64,000 bases of DNA from sequence record OM386662.1. One strand, 5' to 3'. Positions 45,310-54,838 of this stretch are shown piece by piece. The translations under genes and the position numbers were made by a program. The notes beneath the pieces were generated by a model, which saw only the letters and a program-made list of their open reading frames with translations, had not been told where the DNA came from and ran no database searches. Numbering within the stretch: the stretch's first letter is position 1; each line of letters begins with the position of its first letter. The DNA is from Escherichia phage vB_EcoM_ESCO47.

Positions 45310-45455
45310 CGTGTACCAAAGAAGCTGAAGCCAGAGCAAAGGAAGCTTTAGATTTGCTTCTCAAAATCGGTAGTAAAATGATGGAAGAGAACGAAAAATA
45401 CATCCAAGAAAATAAAACTCCGGATGGTCCATTAGTTGGTAAGAGGAAATCATAA
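45306..45455 (+). CDS. Small ORF (49 aa)
   Basis: ATGA coupling on both sides. Confidence 0.3.
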   Translation: MTCTKEAEARAKEALDLLLKIGSKMMEENEKYIQENKTPDGPLVGKRKS

Positions 45456-45853
45456 TGAAAGCTAATTTATACCACATACATATCGACGGTCAAAAATTCC
45501 CTATTGAAGTATTGATCCCTAGTGAGTGGTCAGCGTATAACACTGAAATGTACCGGCGCATTGAAGAACAGTTTTTAACGAGTATTTCTCCTAAAGGTTA
45601 CGAAGTAGAAATCCGACTGGCCGGTGAATTCCACTATGACCCATCTTCGCCATTTGACGTAAGTGAAATCATCATTAATAAAGGATTCGTTAGTCCTGGC
45701 AATAGTTCGTCTCTTTATGGTTACATAAACGATATCATTATCTGCGGAAATAAATTCAGTATATTCCATGAAGAAGACTTGAGAGAGTTCAAAAAGTTGG
45801 TATGGAACTACTTCGGTGAAACCGGGTTTAATTTTATTAAGGCGCCTAAATGA
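45455..45853 (+). CDS. Hypothetical protein
   Basis: 132-aa ORF. Confidence 0.4.
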   Translation: MKANLYHIHIDGQKFPIEVLIPSEWSAYNTEMYRRIEEQFLTSISPKGYEVEIRLAGEFHYDPSSPFDVSEIIINKGFVSPGNSSSLYGYINDIIICGNKFSIFHEEDLREFKKLVWNYFGETGFNFIKAPK

Positions 45854-46332
45854 TGGCTAAAATACTCGAATTAGAATTTTATATTCGTGATAACCGTGGC
45901 CAAACTCGTCCTTATGATGACACAGTTTGCGTTATCTTAGTACCATCTGACACTAGTAACAGTTCATCTGAAAGCCTCGAAAAGGCTATTAATAGTATGG
46001 CTCTTCCTGAAAACGTTATGCTTAAAATAAAGCATAATAAAAATGTTGAGATGCAACCAGGTAGCCCATTTACAGTAGTAGAAGCATTGCTGATTAAAGG
46101 TTATAGTTATCCTAACAACAGATCAGAAGGCGAGAACTCTAAAGAAATTTTCTTTACAACTCCTGATAAAGACTGTCTCGAAGGACGAAGCTATCTTGTA
46201 GGAAGCACTTCTGACGTACTCGAAATCCAACGTCAGATCTGGACGCATTTTGATATCGGACTTCGCTTTACGTTAACAGAGTCAGCCCTTCTAGAACAAT
46301 CTCTTCGTCGACGCATGTACGGTGGTTTCTAA
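45850..46332 (+). CDS. Hypothetical protein
   Basis: 160-aa ORF. Confidence 0.4.
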   Translation: MMAKILELEFYIRDNRGQTRPYDDTVCVILVPSDTSNSSSESLEKAINSMALPENVMLKIKHNKNVEMQPGSPFTVVEALLIKGYSYPNNRSEGENSKEIFFTTPDKDCLEGRSYLVGSTSDVLEIQRQIWTHFDIGLRFTLTESALLEQSLRRRMYGGF

Positions 46333-46511
46333 TGGATTTAATGAGCATGTTTGATGAGCCTGAAGTTGAGGCTCCTAAAGCACAACGTGGAGAACTCGTT
46401 GACGAACTGGACATTATTATACAGCGTCACGGGTTTAATCTTCCTATAGAAGTCCTGAAAGACCTAGCGTCTTACTACGATGATCCACCTCCTTGGGCCC
46501 CTTGGTCATAA
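46332..46511 (+). CDS. Small acidic ORF (59 aa)
   Basis: TAATG coupling; below ORF-track cutoff. Confidence 0.3.
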   Translation: MDLMSMFDEPEVEAPKAQRGELVDELDIIIQRHGFNLPIEVLKDLASYYDDPPPWAPWS

Positions 46512-46596
46512 CAGTTATCCCTCCTTAACGACGTGGTATCCAACTATCACGTCGCCTCTTAGAGTATACATCACTCACAATTTAGCCGAATTTTTA

Positions 46597-46626
46597 GTGT
46601 ACATCCTTAAAGAACAGTGTTACTAT
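46597..46626 (+). promoter_or_regulatory. T4-type early promoter
   Basis: GTGTAC, 18-nt spacer, TACTAT, TCTCCTATCAA box. Confidence 0.5.
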
Positions 46627-46654
46627 TCTCCTATCAACTTCAGGAGAAATCAAA

Positions 46655-47266
46655 ATGTTTTTACCTTATAATGAATGTGAAATTGAAGAAATGGTTCGCC
46701 GAGCACAAGACCCTGTGTTCCAAGAAGACCTGCAATACAAAATTGATGAAGTGTTCAGTGATTCTGAGCAGAGCACTCTTTGGCAGTGCATGGAAAATAA
46801 ACCGGATTGCATTCAACAAGAGTTGGATTCAATCATTCGTAAAAATTGGTCATCTTCTGTGCCAACGGTCCTTTATCGTGGAATTTCTAAGAAAACTCTA
46901 AAAATGTTAGATTCTGTAGGATGTGTAGGAGCTACTATCAAGTTTGACCGAGTAATGAGCTTTAGTTCAGTATTTGGTGTAGCACGTAATTTTGCTTCAC
47001 ACAATTTTTATGGAACTAAACAAATATTCTGTGTTAAGAATGCTCCATTCGCTTTTAACTTCAGAGAAACAATGCTTGACATGATTTTGGCTGCGCCATC
47101 TTGCGAGTTCAGCGGAGCTTTCCCTGAAGCGACTAGACGGTCTAATGTTCGTTTAGTATCTGATGAGTGTGAATTTATGTTCCCGATCGGGACTACACTA
47201 CGTGTAGATTCTGTTACTGAAGAAGGAACTTATCGGATATGGAATCTGTCTATTATCGGTTACTGA
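46655..47266 (+). CDS. ADP-ribosyltransferase, ModA/ModB-like
   Basis: 203 aa; LYRG (Arg motif), FSS, and ECEFMF (ExE) in the order expected for R-S-E ADP-ribosyltransferases; mod position. Confidence 0.55.
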   Translation: MFLPYNECEIEEMVRRAQDPVFQEDLQYKIDEVFSDSEQSTLWQCMENKPDCIQQELDSIIRKNWSSSVPTVLYRGISKKTLKMLDSVGCVGATIKFDRVMSFSSVFGVARNFASHNFYGTKQIFCVKNAPFAFNFRETMLDMILAAPSCEFSGAFPEATRRSNVRLVSDECEFMFPIGTTLRVDSVTEEGTYRIWNLSIIGY

Positions 47267-47339
47267 CCGGATTGGAATAACCGGAAGGAACTCAGAACCA
47301 TTATAATACATAAATTTTTAAAGCATTTTACGAAAAAGA

Positions 47340-47368
47340 GTGTACAATACCTGAGAACATGATACTAC
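47340..47368 (+). promoter_or_regulatory. T4-type early promoter
   Basis: GTGTAC, 17-nt spacer, TACTAC, AGACTTATCAG box. Confidence 0.4.
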
Positions 47369-47417
47369 AGACTTATCAGCTAAATGCCCCAACGTCCGTA
47401 AGACGGAAGAAAATATT

Positions 47418-48170
47418 ATGAAATTATCAAACATCCAAATCAAGAAAATCGAACGTCGTTTAGATCACACCAGAGCTTCTGCAAAGAGGCGCTCTAAGGA
47501 TTTTAACTTAGACTTTAATTACCTTAAAAACATTCTTGATCAAAAGGTCTGCGCTTACTCAGGTGAAACCTTTGATAACAAGGTTGAAGGTGAGAAATTA
47601 TCCTTAGAACGTTTTAATAACGATATCGGTTACATTAAAGGTAACGTTATTCCTGTCAAGAAAAAATATAACGCAGCACGTTCAGATTTTACTTTAGCCG
47701 AACTCATCGAGAAACGTGAAATAATCGCTGGACGTATCGCTACTCCTAGCGCAAAGAAAGTTGAAAAGCTTAATCTCGATGAAAAGAAATGGGCTGAAAT
47801 CAAACACACTTATACACAAATTAAAAATATCCAAAACAAACGTAAGAGCCGTATCGATCATATTGAAAAAATGACTAAAGGTAAAAGCACCTTATCTAAA
47901 GAAGACCAATTAAAAGTTGTCGGATTAAAAGCCCGCATCGATGGTTCCAGAGTTGCCGAAGGACGTGAAGTAACAAAGTTAAATGTTCTTCTTAAAGGTT
48001 CTGATTGGAAAACTAAAACCAAGTTATCCGACGCAGAAACGCTTTTTGATACATATGATAAAGTTATCCAAGGATTACAACGTTTCGAAAAGATTGGTTT
48101 CATCGGTAAATTAAAATTGAAACGTGGTTTACCACTTAACACTTCTATCTTTAAATTGATTAAAGGTTGA
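47418..48170 (+). CDS. Basic 250-aa protein in the T4 srd position
   Basis: Positional only; Lys/Arg-rich. Confidence 0.35.
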   Translation: MKLSNIQIKKIERRLDHTRASAKRRSKDFNLDFNYLKNILDQKVCAYSGETFDNKVEGEKLSLERFNNDIGYIKGNVIPVKKKYNAARSDFTLAELIEKREIIAGRIATPSAKKVEKLNLDEKKWAEIKHTYTQIKNIQNKRKSRIDHIEKMTKGKSTLSKEDQLKVVGLKARIDGSRVAEGREVTKLNVLLKGSDWKTKTKLSDAETLFDTYDKVIQGLQRFEKIGFIGKLKLKRGLPLNTSIFKLIKG

Positions 48171-48171
48171 T

Positions 48172-48483
48172 ATGATGTATTATGCTTATTCAATAGCTTA
48201 TCGGGATTTCGAAGGATTCGTCCAACCGGTTCAGCTAGACTCTGAAAAACCGGCAATATTTTTTAAAAAGGAAGTTGCTGACAAAGTTTTCGATTATATT
48301 AAAAAGGAATACAAACAGGCTTTACGCATGGGAAGAATGAAAATGGTGGTTACACCTCGTAAGTTTTGGTTTGATAAAGTCGAAATGAAACATATAAAAT
48401 TAGATGAGGAGACTGAAAAATTATACCGACGAATTCTTGAAACAGGACGAGTCATTCGTGTACAGGTGGCAGGATTATTATGA
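48172..48483 (+). CDS. Hypothetical protein (dda.1 position)
   Basis: 103-aa ORF, ATGA coupling to dda. Confidence 0.4.
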   Translation: MMYYAYSIAYRDFEGFVQPVQLDSEKPAIFFKKEVADKVFDYIKKEYKQALRMGRMKMVVTPRKFWFDKVEMKHIKLDEETEKLYRRILETGRVIRVQVAGLL

Positions 48484-49793
48484 AATTTGATGATTTGACG
48501 GACGGCCAGAAAAACGCCTTTAATGTTGTTATGAAGGCAATCAAAGAAAAGAAACACCATGTAACTATTAATGGTCCGGCTGGTACAGGTAAAACAACAC
48601 TCACACGGTTTATTGTTGAAGCTCTTATTTCAGCAGGTGAATCAGGTGTTATCTTAGCAGCCCCGACTCACGCCGCCAAAAAGGTTCTAAGTAAATTGGC
48701 CGGACAAGAAGCATCTACTATCCATAGTATTCTTAAAATCAACCCAACAACATACGAAGAAAACGTGTTATTTGAACAGAAACAGGCTCCTGATCTGGCA
48801 CTATGTCGAGTATTAGTGTTTGATGAAGCATCGATGTGTGATCGAAAACTTTTCCAGATTATGTTGGCAAGTATTCCAAAATGGTGTACAGTAATTGGCG
48901 TAGGTGACAGATGTCAGATTCGTCCTGTTGACCCAGGTGAAACAACAGCATATTTGAGCCCATTCTTTACGCATAAAGATTTTGTCCAATGTGACCTTAC
49001 AGAAGTCAAACGTAGTAATGCACCAATTATTGATGTTGCTACCGATATTCGTAATGGTAAATGGATTTATGATAAAATTGTTGACGGACATGGCGTTCAT
49101 GGCTACACTGATTTAAAATCATATATGATGAACTATTTTAATATCGTCAAAACGCCGGAAGACCTTTTCGAAAATCGAATGATGGCCTTCACAAATAAAT
49201 CTGTGGATAAATTAAATTCTGTTATTCGACGTAAGCTTTATCAAACAGAAGCTCCATTTATTAAAGATGAAGTTATTGTCCTTCAAGAACCTGTCACCAA
49301 GTCGTATAAACTCGATGGCAAAAATATGACTGAAATGCTTTTCAATAATGGCCAATTCGTTCGTATTAGAGACGCAGTTGAAACGTCCACATTTGTTAAA
49401 GCAAAGGGTGTTCCAGGCGAATATATGATACGATACTGGAATCTTAGTATTGAAACCTACGGTGATGATGAAGAATATAACAGAGAAGATATAAAGGTTA
49501 TTTCTTCGGATGAAGAGCTTTACAAATTTAATCTATTTTTAGCAAAAACAGCTGAAACGTATAAGTTCTGGAATAAAGGCGGTAAAGCTCCTTGGAATGA
49601 TTTCTGGGATGCTAAGCGAATGTTCACAAAGGTTAAAGCCCTTCCGGTATCAACCTTCCATAAAGCACAAGGTATGTCTGTTGATACGGCCTTTGTTTAT
49701 ACACCGTGTATCCATTACGCTGATTCTGAATTAGCAAAACAACTTCTGTACGTCGGTGCCACTCGTGGACGATTTGACGTCCATTATATTTGA
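48480..49793 (+). CDS. dda: DNA helicase Dda (SF1)
   Basis: 437 aa; MKFDDLTDGQKNAFNVVMKAIKEKKHHVTINGPAGTGKTT matches my recollection of T4 Dda. Confidence 0.9.
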   Translation: MKFDDLTDGQKNAFNVVMKAIKEKKHHVTINGPAGTGKTTLTRFIVEALISAGESGVILAAPTHAAKKVLSKLAGQEASTIHSILKINPTTYEENVLFEQKQAPDLALCRVLVFDEASMCDRKLFQIMLASIPKWCTVIGVGDRCQIRPVDPGETTAYLSPFFTHKDFVQCDLTEVKRSNAPIIDVATDIRNGKWIYDKIVDGHGVHGYTDLKSYMMNYFNIVKTPEDLFENRMMAFTNKSVDKLNSVIRRKLYQTEAPFIKDEVIVLQEPVTKSYKLDGKNMTEMLFNNGQFVRIRDAVETSTFVKAKGVPGEYMIRYWNLSIETYGDDEEYNREDIKVISSDEELYKFNLFLAKTAETYKFWNKGGKAPWNDFWDAKRMFTKVKALPVSTFHKAQGMSVDTAFVYTPCIHYADSELAKQLLYVGATRGRFDVHYI

Positions 49794-49804
49794 TTGAGGA
49801 AATT

Positions 49805-50482
49805 ATGAATAATGATGTTATTATAGACTTTGAAACATTCGGTAATACGTCTAAAGCTGCGGTTATTGACCTTGCAGTTATTGCGTATAATTCCAACCCT
49901 GAAGTCGTAGAGACGTTTGAAGAACTCGTTCAACGTGGTAAACGAATTAAATTTAATCTTGCTTCACAGAAAGGAAAACGTGTTTTTGCTAAGACTACTA
50001 TGAAATGGTGGAAAGAGCAGTCAGATGAAGCTCGCAAAAACTTGGCACCAACTGAAGACGATGTTACCACTTTAGAGGGTATTAAAATCTTTTTGGACTA
50101 TTGCCGAGATAATAAAGTGGACCAATGGAAATCACAGATGTGGTGTCGTGGTATGAGCTTTGACTTTCCGATTCTGGTTGATTTAATTCGAGATCTTTAT
50201 CGTGACGAAGGTGTCCCAGAAGCAGAAATCGATACTGATAAACTTGAACCGGTTAAATTCTGGGCTCAACGTGACATCCGTACTGCAATTGAAGCTTACT
50301 CGTTGACGCGTGGATTAAGTATGTGTCCATTGCCAATGGGTACATTAAAAGGATTCGTTGCCCACGACAGTATTCATGATTGTGCTAAAGATATTTTGAT
50401 GTTAAAATATGCTCAACGTTATGCACTTGGACTTGAAGATGTGCCCGAGAATCCAGACCCATTAAGTGTAAAACAACGATAA
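49805..50482 (+). CDS. dexA: Exonuclease A (DEDD 3'-5' exonuclease)
   Basis: VIIDFETFGN exo I motif, HDSIHDCAKD exo III-like; position after dda. Confidence 0.7.
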   Translation: MNNDVIIDFETFGNTSKAAVIDLAVIAYNSNPEVVETFEELVQRGKRIKFNLASQKGKRVFAKTTMKWWKEQSDEARKNLAPTEDDVTTLEGIKIFLDYCRDNKVDQWKSQMWCRGMSFDFPILVDLIRDLYRDEGVPEAEIDTDKLEPVKFWAQRDIRTAIEAYSLTRGLSMCPLPMGTLKGFVAHDSIHDCAKDILMLKYAQRYALGLEDVPENPDPLSVKQR

Positions 50483-50486
50483 AACA

Positions 50487-50515
50487 GTTTACATCCTCTG
50501 TAGATATGTTATAAT
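50487..50515 (+). promoter_or_regulatory. T4-type early promoter
   Basis: GTTTAC, 17-nt spacer, TATAAT, TCTATCAACTACAGAGG box. Confidence 0.55.
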
Positions 50516-50556
50516 TCGTTCTATCAACTACAGAGGTAAGTAATACGATTACTGAT

Positions 50557-51048
50557 ATGGATCTAGCAAGTATGTACGGCACTCTTATTAAACCATTAAA
50601 AATTAAGGAACCAAAAATGGCTATCAAAATCGGCAAAACCTACAAACTGGTTGAACCTGAAATTAAAACTCCTGTACTGGTCGCTTCATATCATACTTTA
50701 AGCCTCCTTTTAGGTGATGAAGATTTCGAAATCGTATCTTTTAAAAGACATGTTTGGTTTGAAGGTTATGAAATAACGACTCGTCATCGTTCTTCAGGCC
50801 GAGTGGAAAATATTACTGTTTATACACACGAACTCGAGTTGTTTGAAGAATTGGTTCAAAAAGTTGTTGAAGACCCCACCGATCTTCTGTGTAAAGCAGT
50901 AAGCATTCGTCGTCCATTTGATAATCGTCGGATTTGTGGATGGGTAACTGATCAGTGGATTGAAGATGGTGTTGAGCTCTTGAACGTGGTCCATGATGGT
51001 GATTTTACTGTATGTCCACGTAGTGCAGTGGTTAATGTATTGAATTAA
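50557..51048 (+). CDS. Hypothetical protein in motB position (start may be ATG 50617)
   Basis: 163-aa ORF; positional. Confidence 0.4.
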   Translation: MDLASMYGTLIKPLKIKEPKMAIKIGKTYKLVEPEIKTPVLVASYHTLSLLLGDEDFEIVSFKRHVWFEGYEITTRHRSSGRVENITVYTHELELFEELVQKVVEDPTDLLCKAVSIRRPFDNRRICGWVTDQWIEDGVELLNVVHDGDFTVCPRSAVVNVLN

Positions 51049-51051
51049 TAG

Positions 51052-51080
51052 TTTTACTTCTCCTCTAGACATGATACTAT
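51052..51080 (+). promoter_or_regulatory. T4-type early promoter
   Basis: TTTTAC, 17-nt spacer, TACTAT, AACTTATCAACTAGAGGAG box. Confidence 0.45.
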
Positions 51081-51106
51081 AAACTTATCAACTAGAGGAG
51101 AATAAT

Positions 51107-51634
51107 ATGTTAGTTTATCGAGTAGAACGTAGTTTTTGTACCCAAAGAGAATATTTGCCTTCAGTCGGATACGAAAACGGTGAAATGGTTCGTACCTGGG
51201 AGATATCCTGGAATAAAGAACCACGCTCACCTTACGGATGGTCTGGCACCGACAACTCTGAAGAAACCTGGGAATTCCTTGATAAACACGGGATATTGTC
51301 AGGCAACTTCTATCATAACGACGGCAATATAAACGCCCCTAATCGTCCTACAATCAAAAATGATCACCTCTTATCAAAAAATATTTTAAAACAAAATAAC
51401 CTTGATTTCATAGACCAAATAGCTGATTGGTTAGAGACAGGTGAATTTTACTTTGCGTTTGATACGGTCGACACGGTGTACCGATGGTTTGATAACTCCG
51501 ATGACATAGAACTCTTGAAGGCTAAAGGTTACTACATCGCGGTCTATGATGCTCCTGACGTCATTTTAGGCGACTCTCAACTTTTGTTCAAACGTTCTTC
51601 GGCAGAACAAGTTGATTTTATTTTAATAAAATGA
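51107..51634 (+). CDS. Hypothetical protein
   Basis: 175-aa ORF. Confidence 0.45.
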   Translation: MLVYRVERSFCTQREYLPSVGYENGEMVRTWEISWNKEPRSPYGWSGTDNSEETWEFLDKHGILSGNFYHNDGNINAPNRPTIKNDHLLSKNILKQNNLDFIDQIADWLETGEFYFAFDTVDTVYRWFDNSDDIELLKAKGYYIAVYDAPDVILGDSQLLFKRSSAEQVDFILIK

Positions 51635-51663
51635 TGTACAAACTGATAGTATTTTGTTACTAT
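51635..51663 (+). promoter_or_regulatory. T4-type early promoter
   Basis: TGTACA, 17-nt spacer, TACTAT, AGACCTATCAA box, GAGGAG RBS. Confidence 0.5.
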
Positions 51664-51691
51664 AGACCTATCAAAACAAGAGGAGAACATT

Positions 51692-51886
51692 ATGAAAACT
51701 TTATTAACTCAAGATCAATTTGAAGATATCCTTTTCGACCCAGAATTAGTTGTTGTTCAAAAAGAAATTACTAGTGGTCTTGAACACCATTCTTACGTAT
51801 ACGTTTATGAAAATGACAAACCAGTTATGGTTGCAGTACGTCACATCACAGGCGAAGGCACAACTTACTGGAAGGAAGCAATCTAA
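51692..51886 (+). CDS. Hypothetical protein
   Basis: 64-aa ORF. Confidence 0.4.
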   Translation: MKTLLTQDQFEDILFDPELVVVQKEITSGLEHHSYVYVYENDKPVMVAVRHITGEGTTYWKEAI

Positions 51887-52308
51887 TGGCTATTAAATTT
51901 GAAGTTAACAAATGGTACCAATTTAAAGATAAACGTGCCCAAGAAGAGTTTATTAAAGACCACACTGATAATGGGATTTATGCACGACGTCTTGGCATGG
52001 AACCATTTAAAGTATTAGATGTTGACCATCTTGGTCGTCCTACTAAAATTGTGACATCTACTGGCATGGTTGGATACGCAACAGGCGGTGATATCCTTGA
52101 TGAAAACTTTATCTGGCTCTCCACGAATGAAGCAGAGTTCTTTGTCGAAGTTGGAAATCCATACCAGGCAGCTGAAGAACAAGAACATGAAGAGCAAGAA
52201 CCAATGCCAGAATTGACTGAGTTCCCTTTACTGAAAGTTACTATTGAAAATAATGAACAAGCATGGTCTTTGTATCAAATGTTGAAAGCTCACTTTAAGG
52301 AACAATAA
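51886..52308 (+). CDS. Hypothetical acidic protein
   Basis: 140-aa ORF, TAATG coupling. Confidence 0.45.
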   Translation: MAIKFEVNKWYQFKDKRAQEEFIKDHTDNGIYARRLGMEPFKVLDVDHLGRPTKIVTSTGMVGYATGGDILDENFIWLSTNEAEFFVEVGNPYQAAEEQEHEEQEPMPELTEFPLLKVTIENNEQAWSLYQMLKAHFKEQ

Positions 52309-52487
52309 TGCCGTTATACGACTATAAATGCCAATCTGAAGATTGTGGTCATGAATATGAAAAAATTAAAAGAATTTCTGAACGAGAAAACGATGTTTGC
52401 CCTGAATGTCATCGTCTGTCTACTCGTCGGGTTTCTGCTCCTAAACATGTGAACGGTGGTTTTTACGACTTACTTAAGAAGGATTGA
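52308..52487 (+). CDS. FmdB-like zinc-ribbon small protein (59 aa)
   Basis: [18 protein letters not shown]...CPECH; below ORF-track cutoff. Confidence 0.4.
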   Translation: MPLYDYKCQSEDCGHEYEKIKRISERENDVCPECHRLSTRRVSAPKHVNGGFYDLLKKD

Positions 52488-52489
52488 TT

Positions 52490-52915
52490 ATGGCTTTTAA
52501 AGGTTTTGAAGTTGGTAAGAAATATCGTATTATCAAAGGACAGGAAGATAATTTCTTGAGAATTCTTAATACGACTGGTAAACGTCTTAATACTAATCTG
52601 CATACTACTTTATTGTCCAAAGATTTTATTGTGGAAGAGATGATTGGTTATGGTGTTTCGATTATTGCTGTAGAAGCTGTAGGCGATTACGGCCGAACTA
52701 TTCATAGTATGCAAGGTGATATTCTGCTTTATGGTGCAGAATTTAAATTCTTTGAAGAAGTTCCGGAACCAGATACAGCTGTCGATTTCAAAAAAGGCTC
52801 TATAGAATTTGTTGATGGTTCGGTGATCGTATCAGGCGATGTGGTCATTACAGTTAAAAGTGAACAAGGGCGTTTGGCTGCAATTGATGCACTTCAGAAA
52901 ATTAAATTTAAATAA
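52490..52915 (+). CDS. Hypothetical protein
   Basis: ORF-track start 52484 is TTG; ATG 52490 more plausible. Confidence 0.45.
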   Translation: MAFKGFEVGKKYRIIKGQEDNFLRILNTTGKRLNTNLHTTLLSKDFIVEEMIGYGVSIIAVEAVGDYGRTIHSMQGDILLYGAEFKFFEEVPEPDTAVDFKKGSIEFVDGSVIVSGDVVITVKSEQGRLAAIDALQKIKFK

Positions 52916-52932
52916 GGGCTTCGGCCCTTTTT
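52915..52932 (+). terminator. Rho-independent terminator with TTCG tetraloop
   Basis: AGGGC-TTCG-GCCCT then TTTTT. Confidence 0.55.
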
Positions 52933-52956
52933 GCTTTAGATTTCGGATGATAGAAT
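52932..52956 (+). promoter_or_regulatory. MotA-box middle promoter upstream of gene 39
   Basis: TGCTTTA then 19 nt to TAGAAT; GGATGATAGAAT shared with the gene 47 promoter. Confidence 0.45.
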
Positions 52957-52978
52957 ACCTTCATAACGAGGAGACAAC

Positions 52979-54796
52979 ATGATTAAAAATGAAATTAAAG
53001 TATTATCAGACGTAGAACATATTAAGAAACGTAGTGGTATGTATATTGGTTCTTCGGCTAAAGAAGCACATGAGCGTTTTTTGTTTGGTAAATATCAACA
53101 AGTTGAATATGTTCCTGGTCTGGTTAAATTAATCGATGAGATTATTGACAACTCGGTTGATGAAGCTATTCGTACATCATTTAAGTTCGCAAATAAAATT
53201 GATGTGCAAATTAAAAATAATCAAGTTTCGGTGGAAGATAACGGACGTGGTATTCCTCAAGGTTTAGTTACCGACCAAACAGGTGAACAAATTCCTGGGC
53301 CTGTAGCAGCCTGGACTATTCCAAAGGCCGGCGGTAACTTTGGCGATGACTCTGAACGCAAGACCGGTGGTATGAACGGCGTCGGGAGTAGTTTAACTAA
53401 TATCTTCTCTACGTTGTTTACAGGCATCACGTCAGATGGCGAAAATGAAATCACTGTTAATTGTTCAAACGGAATGGAAAACAAATCATGGTCTTCTAAG
53501 AAATCTAAAGGTAAAGGAACTAAAGTAATCTTCACTCCTGATTTCTCTTCATTTGAAGAGCATAATTTATCTCAAATTTATTTAGATATTACTTTAGACC
53601 GACTTCAAACATTGGCAGTCGTTTATCCTGATATCAAGTTCACATTTAATGGTAAAAAGGTTGATGGTAATTTTAAACGATTTGCTAAACAATTTGGCGA
53701 AGATAACATCATTCAAGAAAACGATAAAGTGTCAATCGCATTCACAACATCGCCTGACGGTTTTCGACATTTGACGTATGTGAACAACATTCATACTAAA
53801 AATGGTGGACATCATGTTGAATGTGTAATGGATGATATCTGCGAACATCTTTTGCCCGGTATTAAAAAGAAATATAAGGGTATTGAGGTAACTAAAGCTC
53901 GTGTTAAAGAATGTCTCACGATGCTGATGTTTATTCGTGATATGAGCAACATGCGTTTTGATTCTCAGACTAAAGAACGTTTAACGTCAACGTATGGTGA
54001 TATTCGTAATCATATCCAATTAGATGCTAAGAAAATTGCTCAGTCACTTCTTAAAAATGAAGCTCTGATTATGCCTATTGTTGAAGCAGCATTAGCTCGT
54101 AAATTAGCAGCAGAAAAGGCCGCCGAAACTAAAGCAGCTAAAAAGGCCACTAAAGCAAAAGTTCATAAGCATATTAAAGCTAATCAATGTGGTAAAGATG
54201 CAGATACGACATTGTTCTTAACAGAAGGTGATTCGGCAATTGGTTATCTCATTGATGTTCGTGACCGTGAACTACACGGCGGATTCCCATTACGTGGTAA
54301 GGTGATGAATAGCTGGGGTATGTCATATGCTGATATGATGAAGAACAAAGAGCTCTTTGATATCTGTGCTATCACAGGTCTTATTCTCGGTGAAAAGGCA
54401 GAGAACACGAACTATCGTAATATCGCAATTATGACCGATGCCGATCATGACGGTCTTGGAAGTATCTATCCGGCTTTGCTTGCTTTCTTTAGTAATTGGC
54501 CTGAATTGTTTGAACAAGGACGTATTCGCTTTGTTAAAACTCCGGTAATTATTGCACAAATTGGCAAAACACAAAAATGGTTTTATACTGTAGCTGAGTA
54601 TGAAGAAGCTAAAGAATCATTACCAAAACACGGTATTCGATATATTAAAGGACTTGGTTCACTTGAAAAATCCGAATACCGTGAAATGATTCAGAATCCA
54701 GTTTATGACGTAGTTAAATTGCCTGAAAACTGGAAAGAGTTGTTTGAAATGTTGATGGGTAATGACCCGGATCTTCGTAAAGAATGGATGTCCTAA
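52979..54796 (+). CDS. 39: Topoisomerase II large subunit gp39 (GyrB-like), single uninterrupted ORF covering the gene 60 region
   Basis: 605 aa; GHKL ATPase motifs (ELIDNSVDE, GRGIP) and TOPRIM-like C-terminus in one frame. Confidence 0.9.
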   Translation: MIKNEIKVLSDVEHIKKRSGMYIGSSAKEAHERFLFGKYQQVEYVPGLVKLIDEIIDNSVDEAIRTSFKFANKIDVQIKNNQVSVEDNGRGIPQGLVTDQTGEQIPGPVAAWTIPKAGGNFGDDSERKTGGMNGVGSSLTNIFSTLFTGITSDGENEITVNCSNGMENKSWSSKKSKGKGTKVIFTPDFSSFEEHNLSQIYLDITLDRLQTLAVVYPDIKFTFNGKKVDGNFKRFAKQFGEDNIIQENDKVSIAFTTSPDGFRHLTYVNNIHTKNGGHHVECVMDDICEHLLPGIKKKYKGIEVTKARVKECLTMLMFIRDMSNMRFDSQTKERLTSTYGDIRNHIQLDAKKIAQSLLKNEALIMPIVEAALARKLAAEKAAETKAAKKATKAKVHKHIKANQCGKDADTTLFLTEGDSAIGYLIDVRDRELHGGFPLRGKVMNSWGMSYADMMKNKELFDICAITGLILGEKAENTNYRNIAIMTDADHDGLGSIYPALLAFFSNWPELFEQGRIRFVKTPVIIAQIGKTQKWFYTVAEYEEAKESLPKHGIRYIKGLGSLEKSEYREMIQNPVYDVVKLPENWKELFEMLMGNDPDLRKEWMS

Positions 54797-54818
54797 GCTC
54801 CTTCGGGAGCTTTATTTT
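54796..54818 (+). terminator. Putative terminator with TTCG tetraloop
   Basis: AGCTCC-TTCG-GGAGCT then TTATTTT. Confidence 0.5.
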
Positions 54819-54838
54819 AATTTTAATAAGGCTTAATT

